Assembly (NCBI RefSeq): GCF_022045235.1
Contig: NW_027266275.1
Coordinates: 81,716,001 to 81,780,000 of the forward strand
Reading direction: 5' to 3'
DNA length: 64,000 nucleotides
Origin: Haliotis cracherodii
Lineage: Eukaryota
Shown: piece after piece, positions 36,201 to 48,200 of the stretch
How the letters are laid out: every line of letters starts with the position of its first letter
Position numbering within the stretch: position 1 is the stretch's first letter
Notes under the pieces: model-generated
Databases searched by the model: none
What the model was told of the DNA's origin: nothing
Seen by the model: the letters and a program-made list of their open reading frames with translations, nothing else
Made by a program: the position numbers and the translations under genes

Positions 36201-39200
36201 ACTGATGAGTTACAAGTGTGTGGTTACAATGCGCGGTTACAATGTGCAGTTCCAGTGTGTGGTTACAATGTGTGGTTAAAGTGTACGGTTACAGTGTGCG
36301 GTTACAGTGTGCAGTTTCAGTGTGTGGTTACAGTGTATGGTTATAAGGTGTGGTTACAGTGTGCGGTTACAGTGTGGTCTCAGTGTGCAGTTACAGTGTA
36401 TGGTTATAAGGTGTGGTTACAGTGCAGTTAAAATGTGCGGTTACAATGTGTGTTTACAATGTGCGGTTACAGTGTGTGGTTACAGCGTATGGTTATAAGG
36501 TGTGGTTACAGTGTATGGTTACAATGTGTGGTTATAGTGTGAGATTACAATGTGTGGCTACAGTGTATGGTTACAATGTGTGGTTATAGTGTGAGATTAC
36601 AATGTGTGGCTACAGTGTATGGTTACAATGTGTGGTTATAGTGTGAGATTACAATGTGTGGCTACAGTGTATGGTTACAATGTGTGGTTATAGTGTGAGA
36701 TTACAATGTGTGGCTATAGTGTATGGTTACAATGTGTGGTTATAGTGTGAGATTACAATGTGTGGCTATAGTGTATGGTTACAATGTGTGGTTATAGTGT
36801 GAGATTACAATGTGTGGCTATAGTGTATGGTTACAATGTGTGGTTATAGTGTGAGATTACAGTGTGTGGCTATAGTGTATGGTTACAATGTGTGGTTATA
36901 GTGTGAGATTACAGTGTGTGGCTATAGTGTATGGTTACAATGTGTGGTTATAGTGTGAGATTACAGTGTGTGGCTACAGTGTATGGTTACAATGTGTGGT
37001 TATAGTGTGAGATTACAGTGTGTGGCTACAGTGTATGGTTACAATGTGTGGTTATAGTGTGAGATTACAGTGTGTGGCTATAGTGTATGGTTACAATGTG
37101 TGGTTATAGTGTGAGATTACAGTGTGTGGCTACAGTGTATGGTTACAATGTGTGGTTATAGTGTGAGATTACAATGTGTGGCTACAGTGTATGGTTACAA
37201 TGTGTGGTTATAGTGTGAGATTACAATGTGTGGCTACAGTGTATGGTTACAATGTGTGGTTATAGTGTGAGATTACAAGGTGTGGCTACAGTGTATGGTT
37301 ACAATGTGTGGTTATAGTGTGAGATTACAGTGTGTGGCTATAGTGTATGGTTACAATGTGTGGTTACAGTGTATGGTTATAAGGTGTGGTTACAGTGTAT
37401 GGTTACAATGTGTGGTTATAGTGTGAGATTACAGTGTGTGGCTACAGTGTGTGGCCTGGATCAAAACTCACAGTGTCAACCACTGGTTTTCCTGGTCTTG
37501 ACTCAGTTATTTATAAGTGGAACGGACCTGGCTGTAATATTGCTGTAATAAAGCAACATCCACTCACTAACTCATTGTAGCTTTAGAAGGGTCTTATGTT
37601 TTTGTTTGTTTTTGTTTACCATATTTTATCCAGTCCATATTTTTAGGTCATATAGATATTTTATTATTTATTTCCCAAAATGTCTTTTTGTTAACAGCGA
37701 GTTTTCGCAGGTAAAGTGTTCATATCAACTGTTATCCTGATGCCTTATTTGTATTTGTTTGATATCTTATTACCCTCGTAGCTGTGTGAGGAAGTGCCAG
37801 ACAAGTCCGCTTCAGCCAGTACCTCCACTGTCAGTGTGGTGCTGGACACCTGTACCACTCTCTTCCAGCAACTGTTTCTGCAAGACTCGCTCCCACAAGG
37901 TAATATGCCCCTTTAACTCATTCAATAAATAGTCCTGATGGCTTCGCATAGAAAATACTAAAGAATAAAAATTATTCACATATCTTTTTTTAATATGATC
38001 TCCTTTGACTTTGATACACTTGGGGGCGGTGGGGTAGCCTAGTGGTTAAAGCGTTCGTTCGTCATGCTGAAGACCCAGGTTTGATTCCCCTCATGGGCAC
38101 ATTGTGTGAAGCCCATTTCTGGTGTTCCTTGCTGGAACGAGAGAAGAGTCAGAGGGTGCTAGGTCAGGAGAAGAGTCAGAGGGTGCTAGGTCAGGAGAAG
38201 AGTCAGAGGGTGGTAGGTCAGGAGAAGAGTCAGCAGGTGCTAGGTCAGGAGAAGAGTCAGAGGGTGCTAGGTCAGGAGAAGAGTCAGCAGGTGCTAGGTC
38301 AGGAGAAGAGTCAGAGGGTGCTAGGTCAGGAGAAGAGTCAGAGGGTGCTAGGTCAGGAGAAGAGTCAGAGGGTGCTAGGTCGGGAGAAGTGTCAGCAGGT
38401 GCTAGGTCAGGAGAAGAGTCAGAGGGTGCTAGATCGGGAGAAGAGTCAGAGGATGCTAGGTCGGGAGAAGAGTCAGAGGGTGCTAGGTCAGGAGAGAGAA
38501 GAGTCAGTGGGTGCTAGGTCAGGAGAGATAAGTGTCAGAGGGTTCTAGATCAGGAGAAGAGTCAGAGGGTGCTAGGTCGGGAGAAGAGTCAGAGGGTGCT
38601 AGGTCGGGAGAAGAGTCAGCAGGTGCTAGGTCAGGAGAAGAGTCAGAGGGTGCTAGGTCTGGAGAGAAAAGAGTCAGTGGGTGCTAGGTCAGGAGAAGAG
38701 TCAGAGGGTGCTAGATCGGGAGAAGAGTCAGAGGATGCTAGGTCGGGAGAAGAGTCAGAGGATGCTAGGTCGGGAGAAGAGTCAGAGGGTGCTAGGTCTG
38801 GAGAGAGAAGAGTCAGAGGGTGCTAGGTCTGGAGAGAAAAGAGTCAGTGGGTGCTAGGTCAGGAGAAGAGTCAGAGGGTGCTAGATCGGGAGAAGAGTCA
38901 GAGGATGCTAGGTCGGGAGAAGAGTCAGAGGATGCTAGGTCGGGAGAAGAGTCAGAGGGTGCTAGGTCTGGAGAGAGAAGAGTCAGTGGGTGCTAGGTCA
39001 GGAGAGATAAGAGTCAGAGGGTGCTAGGTTGGGAGAAGAGTCGGAGGGTGCTAGGTCAGGAGAAGAGTCAGAAGGTGCTAGGTCAGGAAAAGAGTCAGAG
39101 GGTGCTAGGTCGGGAGAAGTGTCGGCAGGTGCTAGGTCAGGAGAAGAGTCAGAGGGTGCTAGATCGGGAGAAGAGACAGAGGGTGCTAGGTCGGGAGAAG

Positions 39201-42200
39201 ATTCAGCAGGTGCTAGGTCAGGAGAAGAGTCAGAGGGTGCTAGATCGGGAGAAGAGTCAGAGGGTGCTAGGTCGGGAGAAGAGTCAGAGGATGCTAGGTC
39301 GGGAGAAGAGTCAGAGGGTGCTAGGTCAGGAGAGAGAAGAGTCAGTGGGTGCTAGGTCAGGAGAGATAAGTGTCAGAGGGTGCTAGATCGGGAGAAGAGA
39401 CAGAGGGTGCTAGGTCGGGAGAAGAGTCAGAGGGTGCTAGGTCGGGAGAAGAGTCAGCAGGTGCTAGGTCAGGAGAAGAGTCAGAGGGTGCTAGGTCGGG
39501 AGAAGAGTCAGAGGGTGCTAGATCGAGAGAAGAGTCAGAGGGTGCTAGGTCAGGAGAAGAGTCAGCAGGTGCTAGGTTGGGAGAAGAGTCAGAGGGTGCT
39601 AAGTCGGGAGAAGAGTCAGGGTGCTAGGTCGGGAGAAGAGTCAGAGAGTGTTAGGTCAGGGGAAGAGTCAGAGGGTGCTAGGTCAGGAGAGATAAGAGTC
39701 AGAAGGTGCTAGGTCGGGAGAGATAAGAGTCAGAGGGTGCTAGGTCAGGAGAAGATTTAGAGGGTGCTTGGTCGGGAAAAGAGTCAGAGGGTGCTAGGTC
39801 AGGAGAGATAAGAGTCAGAGGCGGTCTAGATGACCTACAATGCCAAAAATTTCAATTTTCATTTCAATCACTCATACTTGGAAACTGTATGTCCTTCTTT
39901 GCTAAATAAATGTATTTTGAATTCAGTCGACTACCTTGTGTTGAAACTTGATGTGAGCTTCCAGATGTTCCTTGATTTAAGAATATGAAGTGTCACTATC
40001 ACAAATTAATGAATTTAAGATACTATGCCTCCATTTTAGATCTACTTAACAAAAGGAGCTGCTTTTTGATGTTTTAGATTAACAGAAATTCTGCAAATTG
40101 ATTTTCAATAAACATGGATGCTTTTTAGCCCCAGATATGTTTGGTTACAGACTATCAAGTGATTAACATGCTCAAGGTGATGATAATTTTGATGCGAGGC
40201 AGTGGCAGCAACACTTGCGATGCTTTCAATGTCAAGAGTGTCTATCATGGTAAGATGTTTGTAGCGCACAAATGACATTTTATCGGGAAATATTCATCTA
40301 ATCCTTGCACCCATTCTTTTCAGATTACCTTTGACTTTATTGAGAATAGGATCACTTGAGTTTTGCTGATTGCTAATTGTGTATAAGCGTGTAAGTATTG
40401 GAGTTAGATGGTTAGATTAATGACTGTTGAGGATATCTGGTGAAAGGTTTCTTTTGGAGGGAACAATGTGAAAAATGTGTCACAGTCAGCCCTGATCCCT
40501 CCATCATACCCCACAGTCAGCCCTGATCCCTTTGTCATACCCCACAGTCAGCCCTGATCCCTTTGTCATACCCCACAGTCAGCCCTGATCCCCCTGTCAT
40601 ACCCCACAGTCTGCCCTGATCCCTCTGCCATACCCCACAGTCAGCCCTGATCCCCCTGTCATACCCCACAGTCAGCCCTGATCCCCCTGTCATACCCCAC
40701 AGTCTGCCCTGATCCCTCTGTCATACCCCACAGTCTGCCCTGATCCCCCTGTCATACCCCACAGTCAGCCCTGATCCCCCTGTCATACCCCACAGTCTGC
40801 CCTGATCCCCCTGTCATACCCCACAGTCAGCCCTGATCCCCCTGTCATACCCCACAGTCAGCCCTTATCCCTCGATCATACCCCACAGTCTGCCCTGATC
40901 CCTCTGTCATACCCCACAGTCTGCCCTGATCCCCCTGTCATACCCCACAGTCAGCCCTGATCCCCCTGTCATACCCCACAGTCTGCCCTGATCCCTCTGT
41001 CATACCCCACAGTCAGCCCTGATCCCCCTGTCATACCCCACAGTCTGCCCTGATCCCTCTGTCATACCCCACAGTCAGCCCTTATCCCTCGATCATACCC
41101 CACAGTCTGCCCTGATCCCTCTGTCATACCCCACAGTCTGCCCTGATCCCCCTGTCATACCCCACAGTCAGCCCTGATCCCCCTGTCATACCCCACAGTC
41201 AGCCCTGATCCCCCTGTCATACCCCACAGTCTGCCCTGATCCCCCTGTCATACCCCACAGTCAGCCCTGATCCCCCTGTCATACCCCACAGTCAGCCCTG
41301 ATCCCCCTGTCATACCCCACAGTCTGCCCTGATCCCTCTGTCATACCCCACAGTCAGCCCTGATCCCTCTGTCATACCCCACAGTCAGCCCTTATCCCTC
41401 CATCATACCCCACAGTCAGCCCTGATCCCTCTGTCATACCCCACAGTCAGCCCTTATCCCTCCATCATACCCCACAGTCAGCCCTGATCCCTCCATCATA
41501 CCACTGTCAATCCTGATCATATTCTCTCATCACGTTCAGCTCATGCAAAACTTTATATTATAAGATATATTTCCTTATGTTTCTAGTGGTGAAGTTTGTT
41601 GGAAGCCAGGAAGAAGACACTCAAAGTGAAAGTATAAAATGGTGTGTGGAATACCTGCTGAGATACACAGATGACCGGATTGTAGCTGATTGTTTATGCA
41701 GTAAGTGTCCCTGGGCATGTCTGCAATGCTGTTAATATACCCATTGTGTTCTGAGGCTCTTGATCAGTTCAAGGTTGACCTTGTTTTATTTAGTTTGTTT
41801 GGGTCACCATGGGCGTTTATTTATTAAACTCTTCATCAAACTAAACAAGCACGTCTCACACATAGCAATAGCATAAACAACTTAGTACATGCATTTAAAT
41901 GTCAACAGTGCCCATTTTTGGTCATATATTAGTATTCATCTGCAATAGGATTTGCAACCAGTTTCGCTTTGGTGTAAACGAAAATTGATATTTATTTACA
42001 CTGAAATACATAATTAACTTAGTAATCAACAAAATATCAAACTCTAAGGTATCATTTTCACAAAACTCATGAACTTTGTATGGTAATTAACTAGACTAAG
42101 TGTGGTATATCTATTTATGTAACATTTAAATACACAGACATCAAATTTTAGTTGTAGAGATATAACACTCCAACTTTGAAAATATTGAAAATGGATTGGC

Positions 42201-45200
42201 TTTTTCCTTGTGGATCCAATTTGCTTACTATAGACTCTAGCGACGTCTATCTGAGGAGTGGAGAATGAGAAGTCAACATTATATTATACACAGTAAAAAA
42301 ATACATAGTGTCCCTTCAGAGAATTCAGGTAAACAAACAGCTGATAACTAACTTGGTCAATAAAAATGTGAAATTTCAGAAGAATTATCACCAGACATGA
42401 TGATTTACAATTTATATTGTATTTTCTGTTCTGCTAGGCATTATTTTATATGCAGAAATAAAGATTACTGCATGTATTTTCTCGTAAACTAAGCCAGAAA
42501 TAGTAATCAGCTGTATGCACATTTTCTACCAATCTACAGGTGATTCAGTTAAAAATATACCCAAAAATACAACTTCAAAGAATTTTGATGCAATGATCTG
42601 ATGAATTGTATCTGAAACTATTATTTTATCAGAAACAACATATTCCAGTATTTAGTTGCAGCTTTACTACCGGGTATATATATTTAGAAAAATGATAACC
42701 ATAAGCACAGCATTATGGAACAAATGTTTGCTATTGCCAGATATGTTTACGTATGAACAATTTTATCAGTCACCATTGAAGCCTCCCGCATTCTTGCTAC
42801 AACAAATGAATGAAAACAAAATGTGAATATTGTAATTACAATTGACGAAGGTTATGTGTATAATATCAGGCAGTTACCTTGTTAGAGGAATGTATCCGTC
42901 AATATCCACACAAAGGACCAATATTCCTTACATCTGAGGCTGTACAATGAAACTTGTTCGAAGTCACAGGTCTATGTAACAATCTAACATTTTAAAGTAT
43001 ATATAGTGTTTCCAGATATTATAACCCGTGTTCTTCTCTCAACTGATCATGCAAGTTTGTTTCAGGTGTTTCACATTGTGTCATGTCTCATTGGTCAGCT
43101 GGGATAGCACACGTGATAACTATATTCATGGATGTCCATGGTTCTTTAAAATTACAGTGAGCAATCAATCAAAGTATTATGAGCACTGGCTAATCCTTTC
43201 AACAAAGTGTGCTGTTTTCACGTAGGCACTTCAAGCCCAGATATGGGTGTATTCTGTGTGCTTTAGTAAACCTACATATATAAACAATTACTCTTGGCAA
43301 ATCTACTGTGCAAGGAGGCACGGGTGGCCCAGTCGTCTAAGGCGCCGCGATTCGCTGTGCAGAGTTGCGTCTTTTGGGCACGCCCAAAACCTATGATTGT
43401 GGGTTCGAATCCCGGTTTGCCCCGATTATGTTTCTAGGTTTGTCAGCACCATACCCATGCGAGTGGGTTTCACCGAAGTGGTAAACGTCTGAGACCTGCA
43501 TCACTTGGGGCTTTCCTCTCACATTAAGCTGACACGCCGTGACATAACTGGAATACTGTTAAAAGCGGCGTTAAACCCAACTCACTCACTGTGCAAGATC
43601 AATCAACCTATTATCGATCAATGTTATTTGCTGCTCAACTGACCATTTCTCTCTTTCTGCAATGCCAAGTGCATATTACATGACATGTAATACATTCACC
43701 ACATCAGATCTGGACTTATATCCCAGTCTTAGATTAATACCCCAGACACCAGAAATGCCAAATGCGAACCACTGATTGCGATATATAAGATTCTTATCAA
43801 ATTACTTGAACATAACTTAAAAATACAAAATAACAAGGTAACTGACTCACAAATGCTGATTGACTTGTGGTCTGATCATTTTTAGTTGGTCCTATCCTTG
43901 TCCAAAACAAAGGCTTCATGGTGAAACTGGAGAGAATTTTGTCAGGCAGTTGCCATACAGAGGTGGACTCAGTCATGAGATTGGTTTCCTGGCTAGCAGC
44001 TACAGCAAGGCCAGAAGGTGAGGTAAGTCTAGCCAGAGGTGGACAAATAACACTAGACATAGGTGAACAGTAACAAGACTAGACAGAGGTGGACAGAGTG
44101 ATCAGACTAGCCAGAGGTGGACAGATAACACTAGACAAAGGTGGACAGAGTGACCAGACTAGCCAGAGGTGGACAAATAACACTAGACAGAGGTGGACAG
44201 AGTGACCAGACTAGCCAGAGGTGGACAGATAACACTAGACAGAGGTGGACAGAGTGACCAGACTAGCCAGAGGTGGACAGATAACACTAGCCAGAGGTGG
44301 ACAGAGTGACCAGACTAGCCAGAGGTGGACAGAGTGAACAGACTAGCCAGAGGTGGACAGATAACACTAGACAGAGGTGGACAGGGTGACCACACTAGCC
44401 AGAAACGGACAGAGTGACTACACTAGCCAGAAGTTGAATGAGTGACCAGACTAGACAGAGGTGGACAGAGTGACCAGACCAGCCAGAGGTGGACAGAGAT
44501 GAGGTATAAGGTAGACTATTTGAATTAAATTAATCTGCATTGCTTTTCCTGTAGGTTCCCTACCAAATCCATGTGAGCCACATCTTCTTGCTGGATGTTG
44601 TCACAACAGGCGATGGAGCCACCCCTGCTGGAGGCCTCAGTCTGCTGTCTGCAGCCCTGTCTGTTCCCCCCAGCACACAGGGGCCTGTCGTGTTCAGTAG
44701 AGACAGACTTATACAGGACACTCCTCTGTTCACTGCCAGGGACGTCAGGACTCTCTACTTCCATCTCCAGCAGCTGGTGTGTCAGGTTGGTTCATAAAGA
44801 CATTTATCTTACCTCCTTGTCAGAATGTTGAATTCTGATTGGTTCACGTAATCTTGATAAAATACTATGTATCCTTCCTGGGAGGGAAATATATTTCTGA
44901 GTGGGAGAATAAATTGCTTATACTCACCACGAAGAAAACAGGCTGCATGTAAATTTCTGAGTGGGTAATTAATCCCTTACACCCCGCTACGAAGCAAAAA
45001 CCTGCACGTTGTTTACGAGTCAATGAAACAGCACAAGTTAACCTCAGTTCAATCAAACAGCTATTTTCTATCAATTTTTGGTTTGTTTTAATTCTTTTAC
45101 AATAGAAGACTGAAACATGTTGGCAAGATAAAGACGTTGTAGCTTCAGCTTGTGGTATAAAACCTAACACAGGATGCAAAGGACCAAATATACCCCTCGT

Positions 45201-48200
45201 GATACTACAACAACTTATACACTGTGTAGTGTTTGTCAAGTCAACATAAGTGAATCCCTATTGTGACATACAGACAGTAATCTCACACAATATAATTTCC
45301 TTCCCAATAACATGTACTTCTGTATTTGATCCTGTATGAATCCATCCTTGTGTTTGAGATTACTGAGTGTAACAAAACAACTGATATGCTGTAATTAACT
45401 CATCTTGTTGTTCCATTTGTATCTCACCTGATTGAGAGTCAAGTGAGGTTTTGCTGTGGCATATTGTGTATCTTTCTGTCTAGTTGTGTATGATATTTAT
45501 ATTTTTGACATCTACTCTGAAACCACAAGGTCTATTAAGCTGGAACTTTGCTGTGAATCTCAAGAAGTTGCTCACAAATCTGATTCCAGTTATCCAGTTA
45601 TAAACATGAAATTGTCGTCTGTAACTATTATTTAGCCAATTTGCATGTATCATTCTGAGTATGTTCAGAATAACATATTTTTTTCATATTTTACAACCTA
45701 CCTTTCATCAATTTTCACCATGGCTGCCATGGCAGCAGTATTGAAAACGTCACTTTGCCCATGACTCAGACATGTCTGCAGGATTATCATGAAGAGTCAA
45801 ATGAAAGTATGTGCTATGCCCACTAACACGTTTATATTAGGCTGTATTTAAGAAAATAATGAGTTCAGTAAAACACTGCAGGGAGAATAAACAGTTTATT
45901 TTCCCTGCAGTGTTTTATTGTATGATAAATAACAATCGCAAGTCATTTATTTCTTATATAAGATTTCAACATTATGTACAGTCTCTTTAGTGATGTTGAT
46001 AAAATGTACAAGCTTTAAGAATATTTAGCCGTTTTTAAATAAGGATGACTCCCTCAATACAATCCGACCTCAGCAATGTTGGACAAGTCCATTTTATGAA
46101 CAGGGGGGTAACTTTGGTATTTTTCCTGATATTCTTACAATTTTCACGTTGATTATCTGTACCTCTTCTCCCATTACCGATTGCCATATCTCGTGTCACT
46201 TTTTGATGCAATCGTTCGGCCATTGCGTTTATCTACATTGCCCAGCTACATTTATGGGAACAACTCACGAGAGTTGCACAACCCATCCCTGGTGTTGCCT
46301 AGATCACCCCAATCTTTGCCGCCTATAGTAAGTTGTTAGGGTCACACCCTTCACAGGACATCTTGCTTTCAGGCGGGCTGCATAGAGTTTTTAACAATAG
46401 ATATTGAAAATCGCCTTCCTGTTATAGTACAGAATTCTTTTTTGATAACTATCATAATAGGAACAGATTTGAATCTATGGCATGGTGCCATTAATGTCAT
46501 GGGACGATCTCGTCTAGATGTCGTTTGTTTTAGCTTGCCATGCCCAGGTCTTGTTGCAACCCCACGTTTGATGCTACATGTCCCACAATCGAGAAGTTAC
46601 ATTTTTTGATTTGCCAAACTTTTGGGCAGTTTGGGATATTGATGTGTACTCCTCTATCATACTCACAATTCACCATTTTGTCTGTTCATTGGATACTGTC
46701 TTGGATTCATTTTTAAACATGTTCTTAGCTCAGTTGCATTGGTGATTGTGAGTTTCCCTATAGGCACACACACTTTGGCTTCTGTGTGCATTTTCATCCT
46801 GTGATGTTCATGCAATTTTATTGTGATTAGATGTTGCGTTCTGATGCAACGCCACAGTATCGTACTTGACACCTCATCAATAGCTACCTTCAAATCATCA
46901 GTTGCCTTATTTTTTGTCGGTAGTATATAATTTTCACTGCTGTTTTGCCTTTTAAGCCTAATGGAATCTGTTGGCTCAAAATGTTGTGTTCAATGGATAA
47001 ATTTGACGTTAATTTCTTATTATTGTATATAAAATATTTTGTCGGTATTAGTTTGCAATACAAATTGTTTACAAATATGTTCTCAATTGTCTCATTCAGG
47101 CAAATAAAGAAATGTGTAGAATGTTTTTCAGGATTGCCAGGTTGTCTTCAACTGTGCACTGGAGTGTATATACAAGCTGTACAAATATGCCGCCGCAGTG
47201 CACAAGGCTCTAGGTAGGAAGTGGTTTCTTTGCTGTACTTCTTTAAGAAGGAAATACATCCAGTCCATTAATGAGATTGTTCGGACTTCCAGAACCCCAG
47301 TTTTTTCACTGAAATAATATAAGGCTTTAGTATTTCTCATCGCTGTACACAGGTTTATTTTCAGTTGAGTATGCAAAGTCCTCCTAGTTTTTTTAGGAAT
47401 CCTATTCCCTAATCTAAGTACAGTCAAGTCCTGTTAATCTGACATGGTTGGTTGCATATGATTATGTCAGATTAAGGAGTATGTCGTATAAACAAAATTA
47501 AGTAGTATCAAGGTTCGTGATTGAAAATTGGACAACTACACGATAGATAACGATACAAATACGTTGTTATAAGAAAAGGAAAAAGGAAATGTTTATATTG
47601 TTATGTTACATTGTTTGTGGAATATGTTTTCTAATCATGCAACCTCTAAAGCTTAACACAAACCTACTGTTACAGGCTACATGACTGTATGACTGCAATT
47701 GTTCAAGCTATGGGTGAACACTAGCATTATTTCATCAATACAAAATAAGGCTGCATGGATTTGTATCTTATTAATATATTTCTTATTGGTACAAATAGTA
47801 TGTTTTTTTGTGATAAAACCTTATCGAATGTAAATTTAAACATAAGCTTATTTTGCAGCAAGCCAGCTGTCCAGCCAGCCATGGAACAAGCTGTGGCTGG
47901 AGGCGGTGCTACATGCCTCCTGGGACCTTGGTTGTCTGAGCCAGGAGATGCTGCAGCTTCTACAGATGGTAACTGTGTACTGCAAACTGACTTGGCCACT
48001 ATGCTTTGTTTGTTTGTTTGTTGTTTAACACCGTAATACTCCAGCTATATGATGGTCTGTAAATAATCGTCCCTGGACCAGACAGTCCAGTGATTGACAT
48101 CATGAGCATCAATCCACACATTTGAGATACGATGACATGCATCAACCCAGTCAGCGAGCCTGACCACCCAATCCCGTTAGTCGCCTTTTGTGACAAGCAT

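Noticed and set aside
36164-36215. Possible exon after ttcag seeding the 13-bp array
   Set aside because: Stops in all three frames, and exons 20 and 21 already join in phase.
38042-39712. ORFs with ARSGEESEG / VLGQEKSQR repeats
   Set aside because: 27-bp minisatellite with frequent frameshifting 31-bp variants, lying inside a MEI1 intron.
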